In this document: piece after piece, positions 40,574 through 50,814 of the stretch
Position numbering within the stretch: position 1 is the stretch's first letter
Layout of the letters: each line of letters opens with the position of its first letter
NCBI GenBank assembly: GCA_027459705.1
Contig: DAIDHM010000104.1
Location: 456 to 64,455, forward strand
DNA length: 64,000 nucleotides
Origin: Ktedonobacteria bacterium
Lineage (GTDB): Bacteria > Chloroflexota > Ktedonobacteria > Ktedonobacterales > JACDGC01
Direction of reading: 5' to 3'
Position numbers and translations under genes: made by a program
The notes under the pieces: generated by a model
The model's database searches: none
Told to the model about the DNA's origin: nothing
Seen by the model: the letters and a program-made list of their open reading frames with translations, nothing else

Positions 40574-41881
40574 TCAGCCATGGGCATTAGCCACCATGAT
40601 AAATAAGACTGCCAGTACGACGAGGATGACGATAATGATGGTCGAGATTGTGCCCATATCCAACCTCATCCACGGCCTGGATGGCCGGGTGATTGGTAGT
40701 GGGGACGATCGTCGTGGCGAGGAAGACGAGCGACGTATGGGTGGAGGTGGTGGAATGGGTGCACGCTCACTCATTTGACTCGCATAGGGTGAGCCGGGTG
40801 CGATGGGTGACGGTTGTTTACCCATCAGAATGATGTCGCCTCCGGGTCGGGGCGGAGTCAAGGAGAGTGGTCGCCGTGGCGCGGCTGCCGGAGATGGTGT
40901 GGCCTGGGGACTCACTGGCAAGACTCCGGCATCCGCCAGATCCGCATCGGCAGCAATCGTGACGAGTGATCTGGGCATGCGCGCCTCGCGCAGACTGGCC
41001 CGCAACTCAACAATATAGGGCCGGAGCAGGGGATAGCGCTCCAATGCGGCGATACGCCCGTCGGCGCGGGTAGGATCCTGGTAGTCCGCGGAGAGTAACA
41101 ACAAGAAGGATGTCTCGTCAGCTTCCCAATCGTCATACAAGCCTGGGTTCAGTGCGATCGCTTGTAGCGAGATAAAGATGGTGAGGGCGGAGAAGCGATC
41201 CATCGTTTGATCATAGGGGCGTTGACGCGGCGGAAGAAACGCGGGATGCTGAAAGTGCTCATGGCCGCCTTCGGTCTGGGTCCGACCCTGCAATGTCGGA
41301 ATCCAGATGTTATCATAATCAACCAGTCGTAATTGTATCCCTTTCGCCGTCTCCTCAACCAGCACATTAGTCAGGTCGAGATCGCCGTGGGCCATGGGGA
41401 TTGCTTCCATTCTGGCTATCAATTCTTGCCAGGCCCGCGTCAGTTCCTCCATGCGACGCTGGTCGTTATGATTGACCTCCACATAATGCCCAAGCGCGAT
41501 GGAATTCAGGACGTAGGGCATCGTAACGATGGGCAGCATGCGCGCTCCGACCCGGATGCCATTGGCCTGGACTCGCACCGGAACCAGCGCCGGGAGCCTG
41601 GACGCTGCCTCGTGACAGAATCGCTCGATGTGTTGATAGCGCTCGATGATGTCATCAGGGGGATAGCGTTTGGGTGGCGTGGCGCGGAAACACCGAATCA
41701 ACCAGTTATCAATACGATAGACACAGACATACAGGTTCGCACCGCCCATACTCCGCGGACCATAGTTATCTCGCAGCAGCACCCCCTGGCGTAGCACCGG
41801 ATCCTGAATGGTATGGACCCAATCGGCCATGGCCAGATCATATTCGGCTTTTGTGGGCCACACCACTTGCTGTTGTTGCAT
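40574..41881 (-). CDS. Kinase-like protein of the TerY-P-associated type, with Pro-rich linker and C-terminal TM
   Basis: WLIRCF, AHGDLDLTNVLV, LVDYDN, EGGHEHFQHP, DRFSAL. Confidence 0.82.
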   Translation of the reverse strand: MQQQQVVWPTKAEYDLAMADWVHTIQDPVLRQGVLLRDNYGPRSMGGANLYVCVYRIDNWLIRCFRATPPKRYPPDDIIERYQHIERFCHEAASRLPALVPVRVQANGIRVGARMLPIVTMPYVLNSIALGHYVEVNHNDQRRMEELTRAWQELIARMEAIPMAHGDLDLTNVLVEETAKGIQLRLVDYDNIWIPTLQGRTQTEGGHEHFQHPAFLPPRQRPYDQTMDRFSALTIFISLQAIALNPGLYDDWEADETSFLLLLSADYQDPTRADGRIAALERYPLLRPYIVELRASLREARMPRSLVTIAADADLADAGVLPVSPQATPSPAAAPRRPLSLTPPRPGGDIILMGKQPSPIAPGSPYASQMSERAPIPPPPPIRRSSSSPRRSSPLPITRPSRPWMRLDMGTISTIIIVILVVLAVLFIMVANAHG

Positions 41882-41895
41882 CTTGCCGCCTTCTG

Positions 41896-43215
41896 TTATG
41901 GTAGCTGTGGCCGATAGAGCGCTAAAGGCACCAGGACCGCCGTGATATCATCGTCTTCCAACGTCCCCAACTGGCGCTGTTGCGCGATCAGTTCGGCGAA
42001 ACGAGTTGGCGCGGAACTGGTCGCCAGGAGCAAACGAAGGTGATCGATCGGATCGCGGAGGAGCCATTGCCCCAAGGCATCGGAGGTCAGGATGACGAGA
42101 TCGCCATAATCGACGTCATAGACTACTGATGTCATGCGCGACCACCCTGCCGCGATCAACTCACGGCGCGTCCCTAAAGTCGCGGGATTCGCATTGAACT
42201 GCGCGGGGTCTTGCAGTGGAAACGCGGAGATAATGCGCTTTTTCCCTTGCTGGGGATCTGGCCGGACGAGGAAGCATTGCGCATCGCCTACACTCGTGAG
42301 CATGAGTTGTGGCGATGATGGCCCCGGCACGACCGCGCAGCCGATCAATGTAGCCTGCGCTCCTTTGTGGTCGATCTGTTCCGTGTAGTCGACGGGAGGT
42401 TTCCCGGCGATCCGTCGTTGGCGGGCGATGGTAGGCACCCAGCGATCGCGCATCCATTGCGACCAGGTGATGGCGCATTGCGTCAGCCAGGCTTCGCACG
42501 ATTGCTGATCCCGGGCGGCATCGGGCTGGTCGACGAAGGATCGCGCGATAATCCGCGCATATGGCCGTGGAACGAATGAGGTCGCCACCCCGTCAGTCAC
42601 CGCGAAGCGCCCTGCCGCGCCATGAATCGCGTAATTATCTTCGTACTCCAGCGCCAGCTGCATCTCTTCTTTGGGGAGCGTCAATACTATAATTCCCGTC
42701 GGCGGAGTTTCGAGGGCGAAGAGCGGATCCTGGTCGAAAGGCACCGGGGGATGAATGGGTTCCGTCATCGCTTCATGGTCCTCGATCGCCGGGAGGGCTT
42801 CACTGGGGGCGTTAGCGTAAAGCGGCCTGGGTGGAGTGAAGCCAGGGCGCGTGGAGGCTGGATAGTCCAGCGGGCGCGGCGCGCCGGTCGGGGGTAGCTG
42901 GTCGTTTTCTGTATAGGCGAATGTGACGTCAGCTCGCGCGGATGTAGAAACCAGGCGCACTCCTCGCCAGTGCCGAAGTAGCGCGCCGCTGGCAAGTAAC
43001 GCGGCGAGCAAGAGCAACCCTGCCGTGTAGCCACGATCGGAATTTGGCAACTGGCTGAATTGGCTGATACTCAGCGCGATCCCCAGGAAGGACAACACAG
43101 ACGCACCATATCCGATCCACAGCAGTGGCGATTGGCCACGCCGAGCGACCAATCGGTCATCTGCACGCATCAGTGGTGGTGTCATGGACGATACCTCTTC
43201 CTGGTTATCGGACAT
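41896..43215 (-). CDS. PP2C-like protein phosphatase with two N-terminal TMs
   Basis: YEDNY, FAVTDG, GAQATL, VGDAQ, LTSDAL, DDDIT. Confidence 0.85.
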   Translation of the reverse strand: MSDNQEEVSSMTPPLMRADDRLVARRGQSPLLWIGYGASVLSFLGIALSISQFSQLPNSDRGYTAGLLLLAALLASGALLRHWRGVRLVSTSARADVTFAYTENDQLPPTGAPRPLDYPASTRPGFTPPRPLYANAPSEALPAIEDHEAMTEPIHPPVPFDQDPLFALETPPTGIIVLTLPKEEMQLALEYEDNYAIHGAAGRFAVTDGVATSFVPRPYARIIARSFVDQPDAARDQQSCEAWLTQCAITWSQWMRDRWVPTIARQRRIAGKPPVDYTEQIDHKGAQATLIGCAVVPGPSSPQLMLTSVGDAQCFLVRPDPQQGKKRIISAFPLQDPAQFNANPATLGTRRELIAAGWSRMTSVVYDVDYGDLVILTSDALGQWLLRDPIDHLRLLLATSSAPTRFAELIAQQRQLGTLEDDDITAVLVPLALYRPQLP

Positions 43216-44110
43216 ATCCTTCACCGGCGCCGGTGCCCAAGGTTCCCCAATTTAGGAACTGGACAAGCAATTCAATATTGCCGTTATAGATAAAGCCCTT
43301 TGCGCCAGTTTGAATCGATCTTCCTGCCAGATCCGAGGCCTTGGCGAGTAATGGGTCGGGAATCGTGCTGCTCATAGCGAGCATGCGCGGGGCAAACTCA
43401 TTGACCTGCGCCACCTCACTCTCATATGTGGGAAAGACGATAGGTTGATGCATGGTGGCGGTGAAGTGGCAATTGAAGATCAGCGTGGCACCCTGCTGTG
43501 TCCCCTCGCTGCGAATTTCATAGGCAAGCGGTTCGGGATCGAAATCGCCGGTGTGTTCGCCATCCGTGATATGGACGAGAATTGGTGGAAAACATTGATT
43601 GCGTGGTGCTTGCCCGGCATCAGGAGTCTGGTTCAGCCAGAGCCGAACAGTATCGCGCGCCATGGTGAAGGCCTTGCCCATATGGGTCGCATTGAGCGTC
43701 TGGGGTTTGATCCAGATAGGTCGATTACTGTCTTGCACCTGCCGCATGGTGCCGGTCGCCGTGTCCAGGATTTCGCGGACCACGGTGGTGACACCGAGGG
43801 GATGATTCGCGAGATAGGGGAGATCGATCGGCGATCCATCGCGAGTCAACAAGGGATAGGCCTCATCGCTATAACCAATAACCGAGAGGTAGACATACTT
43901 GCGCCGCTCGCCGGTGATAGGGTCGTGTGGGGAGTTGGCGATCATCGCATTGATGAGTTCGTTGATGGCCGTGGTCGCGAATTCCGATTTCGTGATTCCC
44001 ATGCCCTGGACGGGTTCGAGCATCGAGCGCGATTGGTCGAGCAGGATGATGAAGAGGCCGGGATATTTGCGACTGAGGCGGCGGGTATACAGCGGCAGGG
44101 CAAGCGTCAT
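43205..44110 (-). CDS. TerY-like vWA domain protein
   Basis: MIDAS LLDQSRSM, THMGKAF, HITDGE, LIFNCH; GGAGG RBS before ATG 44110. Confidence 0.88.
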   Translation of the reverse strand: MTLALPLYTRRLSRKYPGLFIILLDQSRSMLEPVQGMGITKSEFATTAINELINAMIANSPHDPITGERRKYVYLSVIGYSDEAYPLLTRDGSPIDLPYLANHPLGVTTVVREILDTATGTMRQVQDSNRPIWIKPQTLNATHMGKAFTMARDTVRLWLNQTPDAGQAPRNQCFPPILVHITDGEHTGDFDPEPLAYEIRSEGTQQGATLIFNCHFTATMHQPIVFPTYESEVAQVNEFAPRMLAMSSTIPDPLLAKASDLAGRSIQTGAKGFIYNGNIELLVQFLNWGTLGTGAGEGYVR

Positions 44111-44230
44111 CGTGTGGACCTCCAGGAGCGAGCGAAGCTCTAAACGCTCAGAAAGCTTCTTGCTGGAAGGTACCATATCGCTGATTCTTGTGTCAATCAT
44201 GCGCAGACCTGCTCCCGTCATGTCCAGCGC

Positions 44231-45175
44231 TCAGCGTGGCTCGTGCGATGCGGCCATGGGGGCGCCTGGCGGGTGCGTGACCACCGGGCGCAATGCCAGC
44301 CAGCACGCGACCGCGACGACAAACGCGCTGCCAAGGGGCACCCACCAGTAATCCGCGCTGAACCGTTCGCCAGCGCCATCGAGCCACTCGAAGCAAAGAA
44401 ACTGTATGAACACCGCCAGAATGCTCGCGCCGCCAGTCAATAGTGCATCATTGAATGGGCGACTGTGTAGTTGTTTTACGCGCTCCAAAGGCCAGCGGGC
44501 GAAGAAACGGGCGCCCAGCAGCCCCAAGCCCGCGCAGGCCCCGGCGACCAGGACGATCACCACGAGCAGTCCGGGGAAATAGGCAATCATCTCGAGGGCC
44601 CAGAACGGTTGGTGATCGACTGCGGGGGTGACCGCGACATGGTGCAATAGACTGATCTCACCACCCAGCAGTAAGAACAGCATGCCAAAGATCACTACCG
44701 CCAGAACCCAGGTTTGCAGCCAGATACGTGGGGCAAACTCCTGATACAGGCGGCGCATGGCATACCAATAGGCGCCGGCAATAACGGGTGGCACGCAGCT
44801 CAACAGCAGAAACATCGTGAAGGCATATCGCAGAAAGAGCACGGGTTGTGTCGGCAACGGCGAGAAGGCGTGGCTCGTGTAGATCAGTCGAAAGAACCAC
44901 GCATCCAGTTGTGGATTGGGACGCGTCAATTGCCACCATAGCAGCAAGACAATGAGCGCCATCAAGACGCCGACGCCCGTGGTGACACCGATAGCGCGCG
45001 ATGGAGTGGTCCGCCCGGCGAGGCCTCCTGATTGCCGCACTGGCGTCACCGCTTGGGGAGTAGCACCTGAAGGCGCCTCATTGAGGGCGACAAAAGGGCG
45101 ATTACAGAATGGGCAGAAGAGTGGCGATGCGGAGTAGCTTTGTCGGCGACAATGAGCGCAAGTTGGATTCCCCAT
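44231..45175 (-). CDS. Zn-ribbon + multi-TM membrane protein
   Basis: CAHC...CPFC N-terminus, about 6 TMs; GAAGGAG RBS. Confidence 0.75.
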   Translation of the reverse strand: MGNPTCAHCRRQSYSASPLFCPFCNRPFVALNEAPSGATPQAVTPVRQSGGLAGRTTPSRAIGVTTGVGVLMALIVLLLWWQLTRPNPQLDAWFFRLIYTSHAFSPLPTQPVLFLRYAFTMFLLLSCVPPVIAGAYWYAMRRLYQEFAPRIWLQTWVLAVVIFGMLFLLLGGEISLLHHVAVTPAVDHQPFWALEMIAYFPGLLVVIVLVAGACAGLGLLGARFFARWPLERVKQLHSRPFNDALLTGGASILAVFIQFLCFEWLDGAGERFSADYWWVPLGSAFVVAVACWLALRPVVTHPPGAPMAASHEPR

Positions 45176-45195
45176 AGCGCGACTCCTTCAGACTC

Positions 45196-45855
45196 CTAAA
45201 TATCTGGCCGCAGTTCACGCTGTGCGACAAAGATCGCAGCGACCAGTGCGGTTGCCGCGAAACTTAAGATGGTCGTGGTAGGGAAGATGGCAAGGATATC
45301 ACTCGTCTGAGGTGTCATGGGCAGATTGGGGATAAACTTATGAACGATCGTACAGAGAGCATTGCCCGCGATAATCCCCACGATACCGCCGATGATGCAG
45401 AGCAGCAGTGACTCGCCCAACAATTCGCCCATGATCACTTCGCGATATTGCCCTTGTTGGATGTCCAGACCAATCTCGCGACGGCGTTGTCCCATGGTTG
45501 TCCAGGTCACCAGCGCCACCAGCGCCGCGGTGAACCCGATCGCGAGTTTCGTCAACAGATCGCGCGTATCTTGTAGCACGGCCTGAATCGTATTAATGTC
45601 GATGCCGGATTGTTGCAGTTCTTGGGGCGAGTGGTTGCCCACCAAGAGATCATTGATACGGGTCTGGATGCCATTGCTCGCGGCGATGATGGCAATCGCC
45701 AGGGCGACGCCGACAGCGACAGCGATCGCTACGCCGACCGACCGGCCAGGGCGGTGGCGGATGGTTCGGAGGATGCGCGTGAACGAGTGTGACACCTGGG
45801 CTGAGGGGTCACGACGCGCACGAGGGCGAAAGCGAGGCGGAGCTGGGACTCCCAT
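45196..45855 (-). CDS. Minimal FtsX/MacB-type ABC permease
   Basis: R.IRHRPGRS, QRRREIG, LGESLLLCIIGGIVG; 4 TMs. Confidence 0.85.
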   Translation of the reverse strand: MGVPAPPRFRPRARRDPSAQVSHSFTRILRTIRHRPGRSVGVAIAVAVGVALAIAIIAASNGIQTRINDLLVGNHSPQELQQSGIDINTIQAVLQDTRDLLTKLAIGFTAALVALVTWTTMGQRRREIGLDIQQGQYREVIMGELLGESLLLCIIGGIVGIIAGNALCTIVHKFIPNLPMTPQTSDILAIFPTTTILSFAATALVAAIFVAQRELRPDI

Positions 45856-45888
45856 AGCGATTCCTCCATCTTGAGCGCGCGGGCCGCT

Positions 45889-46761
45889 TCAGCTATGCAG
45901 GCGGATCGGGGTGAGTTGCGCATTGCGCTTATCGCCGATCACGCGGCCCTGCCGCATCTCAATGATGCGATGAAAATACGGTTTGAGGTCTTCCTGGTGC
46001 GCGACAATAATAACGGTGTAGCCCTGCGACACAACATACTGAAAGAGCGCGAGGATCTGCATGCGACTCTGTTGGTCGAGCGCTGGCAGGATCTCATCCG
46101 CCAGACAGATCGGCCGCTGCGAAGCGATGAGCTTGGCGATGGCGACCCGCGCTTTCTGGCCACCAGAGAGATCGCTCGTCGAACGGCTATAGCATTCTTC
46201 TGGTAAGCGTACCGCGTGCAATGCTCGCAAGGCCATCTCACCAGCAGTATCCCAGGCGATGCCATCGAAGTCTACCAGCAAGTGGCGGATGTTGTCAATC
46301 GGAGTATTGCTGGTCAACCCATAGAGATCCTGGGGAATGTAGACCAGGCCACCGCCCCGGAGGTCATCCTGTTCATGGGTAGAGAGGCGCACGACAGAAC
46401 GACCGAGCACCACGATGTCCCCACTGTCTGGCCGAAGGTTCAGGGCGAGCATGCGCATCAGTGTGGTCTTGCCTGATCCACTCTCGCCGCCCAGATAGGT
46501 GAGTTCACCTGGATAAAAATCGAGCGCGGGGACCTGGACGGTGAAGCCATTCTTGGGCTGGCGATAGCTCATTTGGCGGATCTGAATGCTCGGAACGGGG
46601 GTAGATCGCGTCACTCGCGGCTGCGGTGTGCCCTGCCGTTGGGGCATTCCGGGTACTGGGCCAGGGTGGGGAGGATAGAGCGGCACGCCGCGATATTGGG
46701 GTGGCTGATTCGGCCCGTGTGGCCCATTTGGTTGCTGGCCAAACGGTGGATTTCGTTGCAT
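45889..46761 (-). CDS. LolD/MacB-type ABC ATPase with Pro/Gln-rich N-terminus
   Basis: GESGSGKTT, LSGGQKARVAIA, LADE, VAHQ. Confidence 0.9.
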   Translation of the reverse strand: MQRNPPFGQQPNGPHGPNQPPQYRGVPLYPPHPGPVPGMPQRQGTPQPRVTRSTPVPSIQIRQMSYRQPKNGFTVQVPALDFYPGELTYLGGESGSGKTTLMRMLALNLRPDSGDIVVLGRSVVRLSTHEQDDLRGGGLVYIPQDLYGLTSNTPIDNIRHLLVDFDGIAWDTAGEMALRALHAVRLPEECYSRSTSDLSGGQKARVAIAKLIASQRPICLADEILPALDQQSRMQILALFQYVVSQGYTVIIVAHQEDLKPYFHRIIEMRQGRVIGDKRNAQLTPIRLHS

Positions 46762-47174
46762 GCTTTGCCTCTATCACGAAAAGGATGGTCCTTTGAACAT
46801 GCTCATGTGAGCAGGAAATTTTGTCCACACATGCGTAACTATAGCACATGGCAGACTGCAAAGGCGCCGATAGCCCACATGATGCGCATGAGAGTGAACA
46901 AGGTCACACTGGCGCTGCACCCCGGCAGATCGCGTAGAAGGAATTGGGGGCACCACATGTGGATCACCCGGCAGCACGCCTGAACATCACGAACAAGCGT
47001 AGAGTACATCGCATATGAGGATGATGCAGACCCCAGCGAGCGTTGCACATTGGCGCCATTGGGAACGGTAAGCAAGACATCTCGGCATGCGGCCTGATCT
47101 TTGACAGGGCCAACCATGGCGTGTACACTGAGAACAGCAATCGCACTGAGCAAGCACAGAATGAGGGTTAGGGC

Positions 47175-47849
47175 GTGACCGATTACGGAGTGATTATCAA
47201 GGCGGCGCAGGGCGAACTGAGCATGAAACATGCGGCCCGCGAGCAAGCGTTCCCTTTGTCACGCATGGCAATTCGCCAGTGCGCCAATGCGATTCGCGCG
47301 ACTCACCGGGGCGAGTTCGAGGCCGCGACAGAGCTATTAGCGGAGGCGCGCCGCCTGGTCCGCACGATGGTGACCACTCTCGCGGAACATCCCGATATTC
47401 TCTATGCCGGGTTTGTTGGTGACGCGCAGAAAGAGCTCGCGGAGGCGGCTATCACGCTTGCGGTTATCGGTGGCCATGATATCCCCATGCCCGCTGAGCT
47501 TGCTATCGATTGGCCTCCCTATCTCAATGGACTGGGCGAAGCCATCGGTGAATTGCGGCGGCATCTGCTTGATGAACTGCGACGGGGCCATATCCCACGC
47601 AGTGAGGCGTTGCTGATCGTGATGGATGATATGCTCGGAGTGTTGATGTCCTTAGATTTTCCGGATGCCATTACCAATAATTTGCGTCGCACCACTGATT
47701 CCGCGCGCGGCATCATCGAGAAAACGCGAGGTGATCTGACCCTGGTGGCTGTACAAACCCAGATAGCGCGGCAAATGCAGCACATCTCGACACAACTCGG
47801 CGATGGACAAGTCCCGGTGAATGGACCATCAGGGGATGATGTGGCGTGA
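47175..47849 (+). CDS. Translin/TRAX-like protein (C3PO RNase family)
   Basis: REQA..LSR..IR....AIRATHRG, QKELAEA, YLNGLGEAIGELRR, LRRTTDSARGIIEKTRGD. Confidence 0.85.
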   Translation: MTDYGVIIKAAQGELSMKHAAREQAFPLSRMAIRQCANAIRATHRGEFEAATELLAEARRLVRTMVTTLAEHPDILYAGFVGDAQKELAEAAITLAVIGGHDIPMPAELAIDWPPYLNGLGEAIGELRRHLLDELRRGHIPRSEALLIVMDDMLGVLMSLDFPDAITNNLRRTTDSARGIIEKTRGDLTLVAVQTQIARQMQHISTQLGDGQVPVNGPSGDDVA

Positions 47850-48955
47850 GGAGGGACAATACCATGGAGACCGATACCACTCGCAACGCGGATCAGCTGA
47901 GGGAAGATCGTCAGACTCCGCCAGCCACCGAACAGGCGCCACGGGCGCGCGGGGCGGCACTGCCCGACCCCGATGCGTTCTTCAAGCATGAGAGTGGCGA
48001 TAATAGGCGTGCTGCGCTGACCCATGACCGCGCCCAGCAGACAGCACCAGCCACGTTGGTCATGCAATGGGCGCGTGCTGTGCATGCTCAGACAGCGCTC
48101 TGGAGCGTGATTACCATCGCGACGGCGGCGGCTATGCTCTGGTCGGGTGCGCCACACGCCGCCTGGTCGCGATCTTCGCTGGAGGATCTCCTCCTCCTGG
48201 CAGTAGGCGCGATTCTGGTCACGTTTGGTGTGAATCTCGTCCATACCACCAGTGCGACGACATTGCCAGGCGCGTTGACACAATCGCGCGCCGCGCAGAT
48301 AGGCGTGGCGCTTTTCGTAGTGGGCACGATTATTGGCGCGGTGGGTGTCCGCGGCAGTGCTTCTGGTGGCATGCTTTGGGCGGGGTTGGGCATTGTTGGC
48401 GCGGCGGGGTACGCCCTGGCGCCACTGGCCAACCGCCATCTTCCAGGCTTGGAATTGCTTCCCGCGGTGCTCGTAGGGCCACTGCTCTATGGCGTCGCGT
48501 TGCTGGCAGCGCATCGCGCGCATTTCGCGGTCTCGAACGGTACCTGGATGGTCGCGCTGGCACTCGGTTCCTTCTATGCGGCCCGTCAATGCGCCGCATC
48601 ACTCGCCACTGCGGTGGGCACCGGAAGACAAACCTTGCGCGATATCGTGGGAGAGCGCAATCTGCGTCTGCTCTTCGTACTGGCACTTGTTGCCGCCTAT
48701 GGGCTTGTCGTTCTGGCTGGCGTGGGTCACCATCTGACACATGGGGTCTTAGCGGTGCTGCTCTCGCTACCGATCGCCATCCTCCCACTCAGCGGCGCCC
48801 TGCTCGCGCAACAATCGGCGGCGTTAGGGGTCCTGACACGCCAGACCCAACGCGCTCTGGTGGTTTTCGGCGCCTGGCTTATCTGCGGGCTTTTGCTCGG
48901 TGGTCTCTATATGCGGTTTCTGGGCTCGTTGCACGTGCTGCACAGCATCAAATAA
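47846..48955 (+). CDS. UbiA/MenA-like membrane protein lacking the Asp-rich motifs
   Basis: About 9 TMs, GRQTLRDIVGE matching MenA GKxTL; overlaps the translin stop. Confidence 0.65.
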   Translation: MRRDNTMETDTTRNADQLREDRQTPPATEQAPRARGAALPDPDAFFKHESGDNRRAALTHDRAQQTAPATLVMQWARAVHAQTALWSVITIATAAAMLWSGAPHAAWSRSSLEDLLLLAVGAILVTFGVNLVHTTSATTLPGALTQSRAAQIGVALFVVGTIIGAVGVRGSASGGMLWAGLGIVGAAGYALAPLANRHLPGLELLPAVLVGPLLYGVALLAAHRAHFAVSNGTWMVALALGSFYAARQCAASLATAVGTGRQTLRDIVGERNLRLLFVLALVAAYGLVVLAGVGHHLTHGVLAVLLSLPIAILPLSGALLAQQSAALGVLTRQTQRALVVFGAWLICGLLLGGLYMRFLGSLHVLHSIK

Positions 48956-49033
48956 AAGCCCGGTTCTGTGGATGTCGGTCCCGAACTCCGTGTGGTCGGG
49001 ATGGTGTAGTGGGAGAGGAATGGTCTGGGCGGG

Positions 49034-50449
49034 ATGTCGGATGGTCTTGGGATAGCGGCAGTGATCGAACTTGACCTCGTGGATATGGCGAATGGTGGCG
49101 ATGCGGTCGGTAAGCTGGATGGTCGTGCCGTCTTTGTCAAAGGTGGTCTCGCGGGGGAGCGCGTGCGCGCGCGCATCGTTGATTTGCGGCGCGATTACTT
49201 GCGCGCCACGGTAACGGAGATCCTGAGTCCATCGCCCGATCGAGTTGCGGTCCCTTACCCCGATCTAAGCGAGACGGGTGGTCTCCAATGGCAACATATC
49301 GCGTATCCGGCCCAACTTGAATGGAAGACGCGCATTGTTCGCCAATTGCTGCAACGCGTCGGGCATATCGCGCAACCACCGGTCGAGCGGATGCTGGGAT
49401 CACCGGTCAATGGCGATCCCTGGCGGCAACGCAGCGTCGCACAGTTTGCGATCGGCGATGATGGCGCCATCGGCTTCCGCCGAACAGGCAGCCATGCGGT
49501 CCTGGATATGCCAGCCTGCCCTATTGTCCATCCCGGGCTTGATGCCACGTATCAAACGATGCGCCGCTGGCTCCAGACCCGTTGGGGTAGCGAGGCTGGG
49601 CATTATATCGATCGCTTTACTTTGCGCATCGCGACACAACCACCACTGCGCGTCACGACATCTTCAGGCGAATTGCCGGTCGTCGGCGCTCCCGCGCAAC
49701 CAGGATCGCGCCGACGGCTGCCCGCGCTCCTGAGCATAGAGGCGCACCCTGGCGGTGGCATTCTCAGCGATGGTGGCCCGGAAGTGATCGGACGCGAGCT
49801 TATGCGTGTGATGCCCGCGCTGGTCGGGGTGGTCTTCGTCGGGCTGGCGGGTCGCCGTGGTCGCGCCATCATCGGGCAGGATCATCTGCTGGAACAGGTC
49901 ATCGACCGGACTTTTCGCATCTCAGCGGGTTCTTTCTTCCAGGTCAACGCGACGCAGACACCGGTATTAGTACAACAGGCGCTCGACTTCGCGCGGGTTC
50001 AGCCGCACGAACACGTACTGGACGGCTACAGCGGTGTAGGTCTTTTCTCGCTCTTCTTCGCCGCTCGCGCCGCGCAAGTCACTGCCATCGAATCGCAGCC
50101 CAGCGCGATTGCTGATGCCCGCACCAGCGCGGCATTCAACCACGCGGGGAACATCACCATCATCGAAGGTTTGCTCGAACGCGTGGTAAGCCAGCTGGCC
50201 TTTGATCACCACCACTACGATGTCGTTCTTGTAGACCCTCCCCGCGCCGGCTGTCATCCGCGCGCGCTCCAGGAGATCAAAAATCTCAACCCACGAGCTG
50301 TAGTATATATCTCGTGTGATCCCGCGACGCTGGCACGCGACCTGCAAACATTCACCAGTGATGGCTATCATGTGGTCCGCGTACAGCCAGTAGATATGTT
50401 CCCCAATACTGCGCACATCGAGACGGTCACGCTGATCGCGCGGAATTGA
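49034..50449 (+). CDS. rlmD: 23S rRNA m5U methyltransferase (TRAM + SAM domains)
   Basis: TRAM N-terminus, SFFQVN, DGYSGVG, VDPPRAG, YISCDPATLARD, VDMFPNTAHIE. Confidence 0.9.
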   Translation: MSDGLGIAAVIELDLVDMANGGDAVGKLDGRAVFVKGGLAGERVRARIVDLRRDYLRATVTEILSPSPDRVAVPYPDLSETGGLQWQHIAYPAQLEWKTRIVRQLLQRVGHIAQPPVERMLGSPVNGDPWRQRSVAQFAIGDDGAIGFRRTGSHAVLDMPACPIVHPGLDATYQTMRRWLQTRWGSEAGHYIDRFTLRIATQPPLRVTTSSGELPVVGAPAQPGSRRRLPALLSIEAHPGGGILSDGGPEVIGRELMRVMPALVGVVFVGLAGRRGRAIIGQDHLLEQVIDRTFRISAGSFFQVNATQTPVLVQQALDFARVQPHEHVLDGYSGVGLFSLFFAARAAQVTAIESQPSAIADARTSAAFNHAGNITIIEGLLERVVSQLAFDHHHYDVVLVDPPRAGCHPRALQEIKNLNPRAVVYISCDPATLARDLQTFTSDGYHVVRVQPVDMFPNTAHIETVTLIARN

Positions 50450-50458
50450 TGGCGAGCG

Positions 50459-50725
50459 TCAGCCGCGCATCGCCCGCAAAATCTCGCGGAGCGCGGCGGC
50501 GCGGCCACGGTACCAATCCGCCGGGTATGGTCGTGGCCCTAGTGTTGGGACGGGTGTGCCAGTGCGCGGCGGCAGGGCAGAGTGCTCCAGGCGCAGGATC
50601 TCACGGACGATCAACCGTTCGGGTACAGACCACCCCCGTCGCTGTGCATGGTCGTGCATCCGCATCATATCGGCATAGCCCTGGCGATATGCCAGCGACT
50701 CGTCATCGCTTCCACTGTCTGTCAT
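50459..50725 (-). CDS. Hypothetical protein
   Basis: 88 aa with GGAGAGGA RBS, co-oriented behind rimI. Confidence 0.55.
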   Translation of the reverse strand: MTDSGSDDESLAYRQGYADMMRMHDHAQRRGWSVPERLIVREILRLEHSALPPRTGTPVPTLGPRPYPADWYRGRAAALREILRAMRG

Positions 50726-50814
50726 ATATCCTCTCCCCTGGCAATGATGCGTCCGCTTGACCGCGTCGTACATGTTTACGTATGCTCTTCGTACCTTGTC
50801 CACGCCCTATTTGT

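Noticed and set aside
46839-47246. 135-aa minus-strand ORF upstream of the ABC operon
   Set aside because: It overlaps the translin start, has no RBS or motifs, and probably lies in the divergent promoter region
48956-49033. tRNA-like sequence before rlmD
   Set aside because: No T-loop GTTCRA and no cloverleaf
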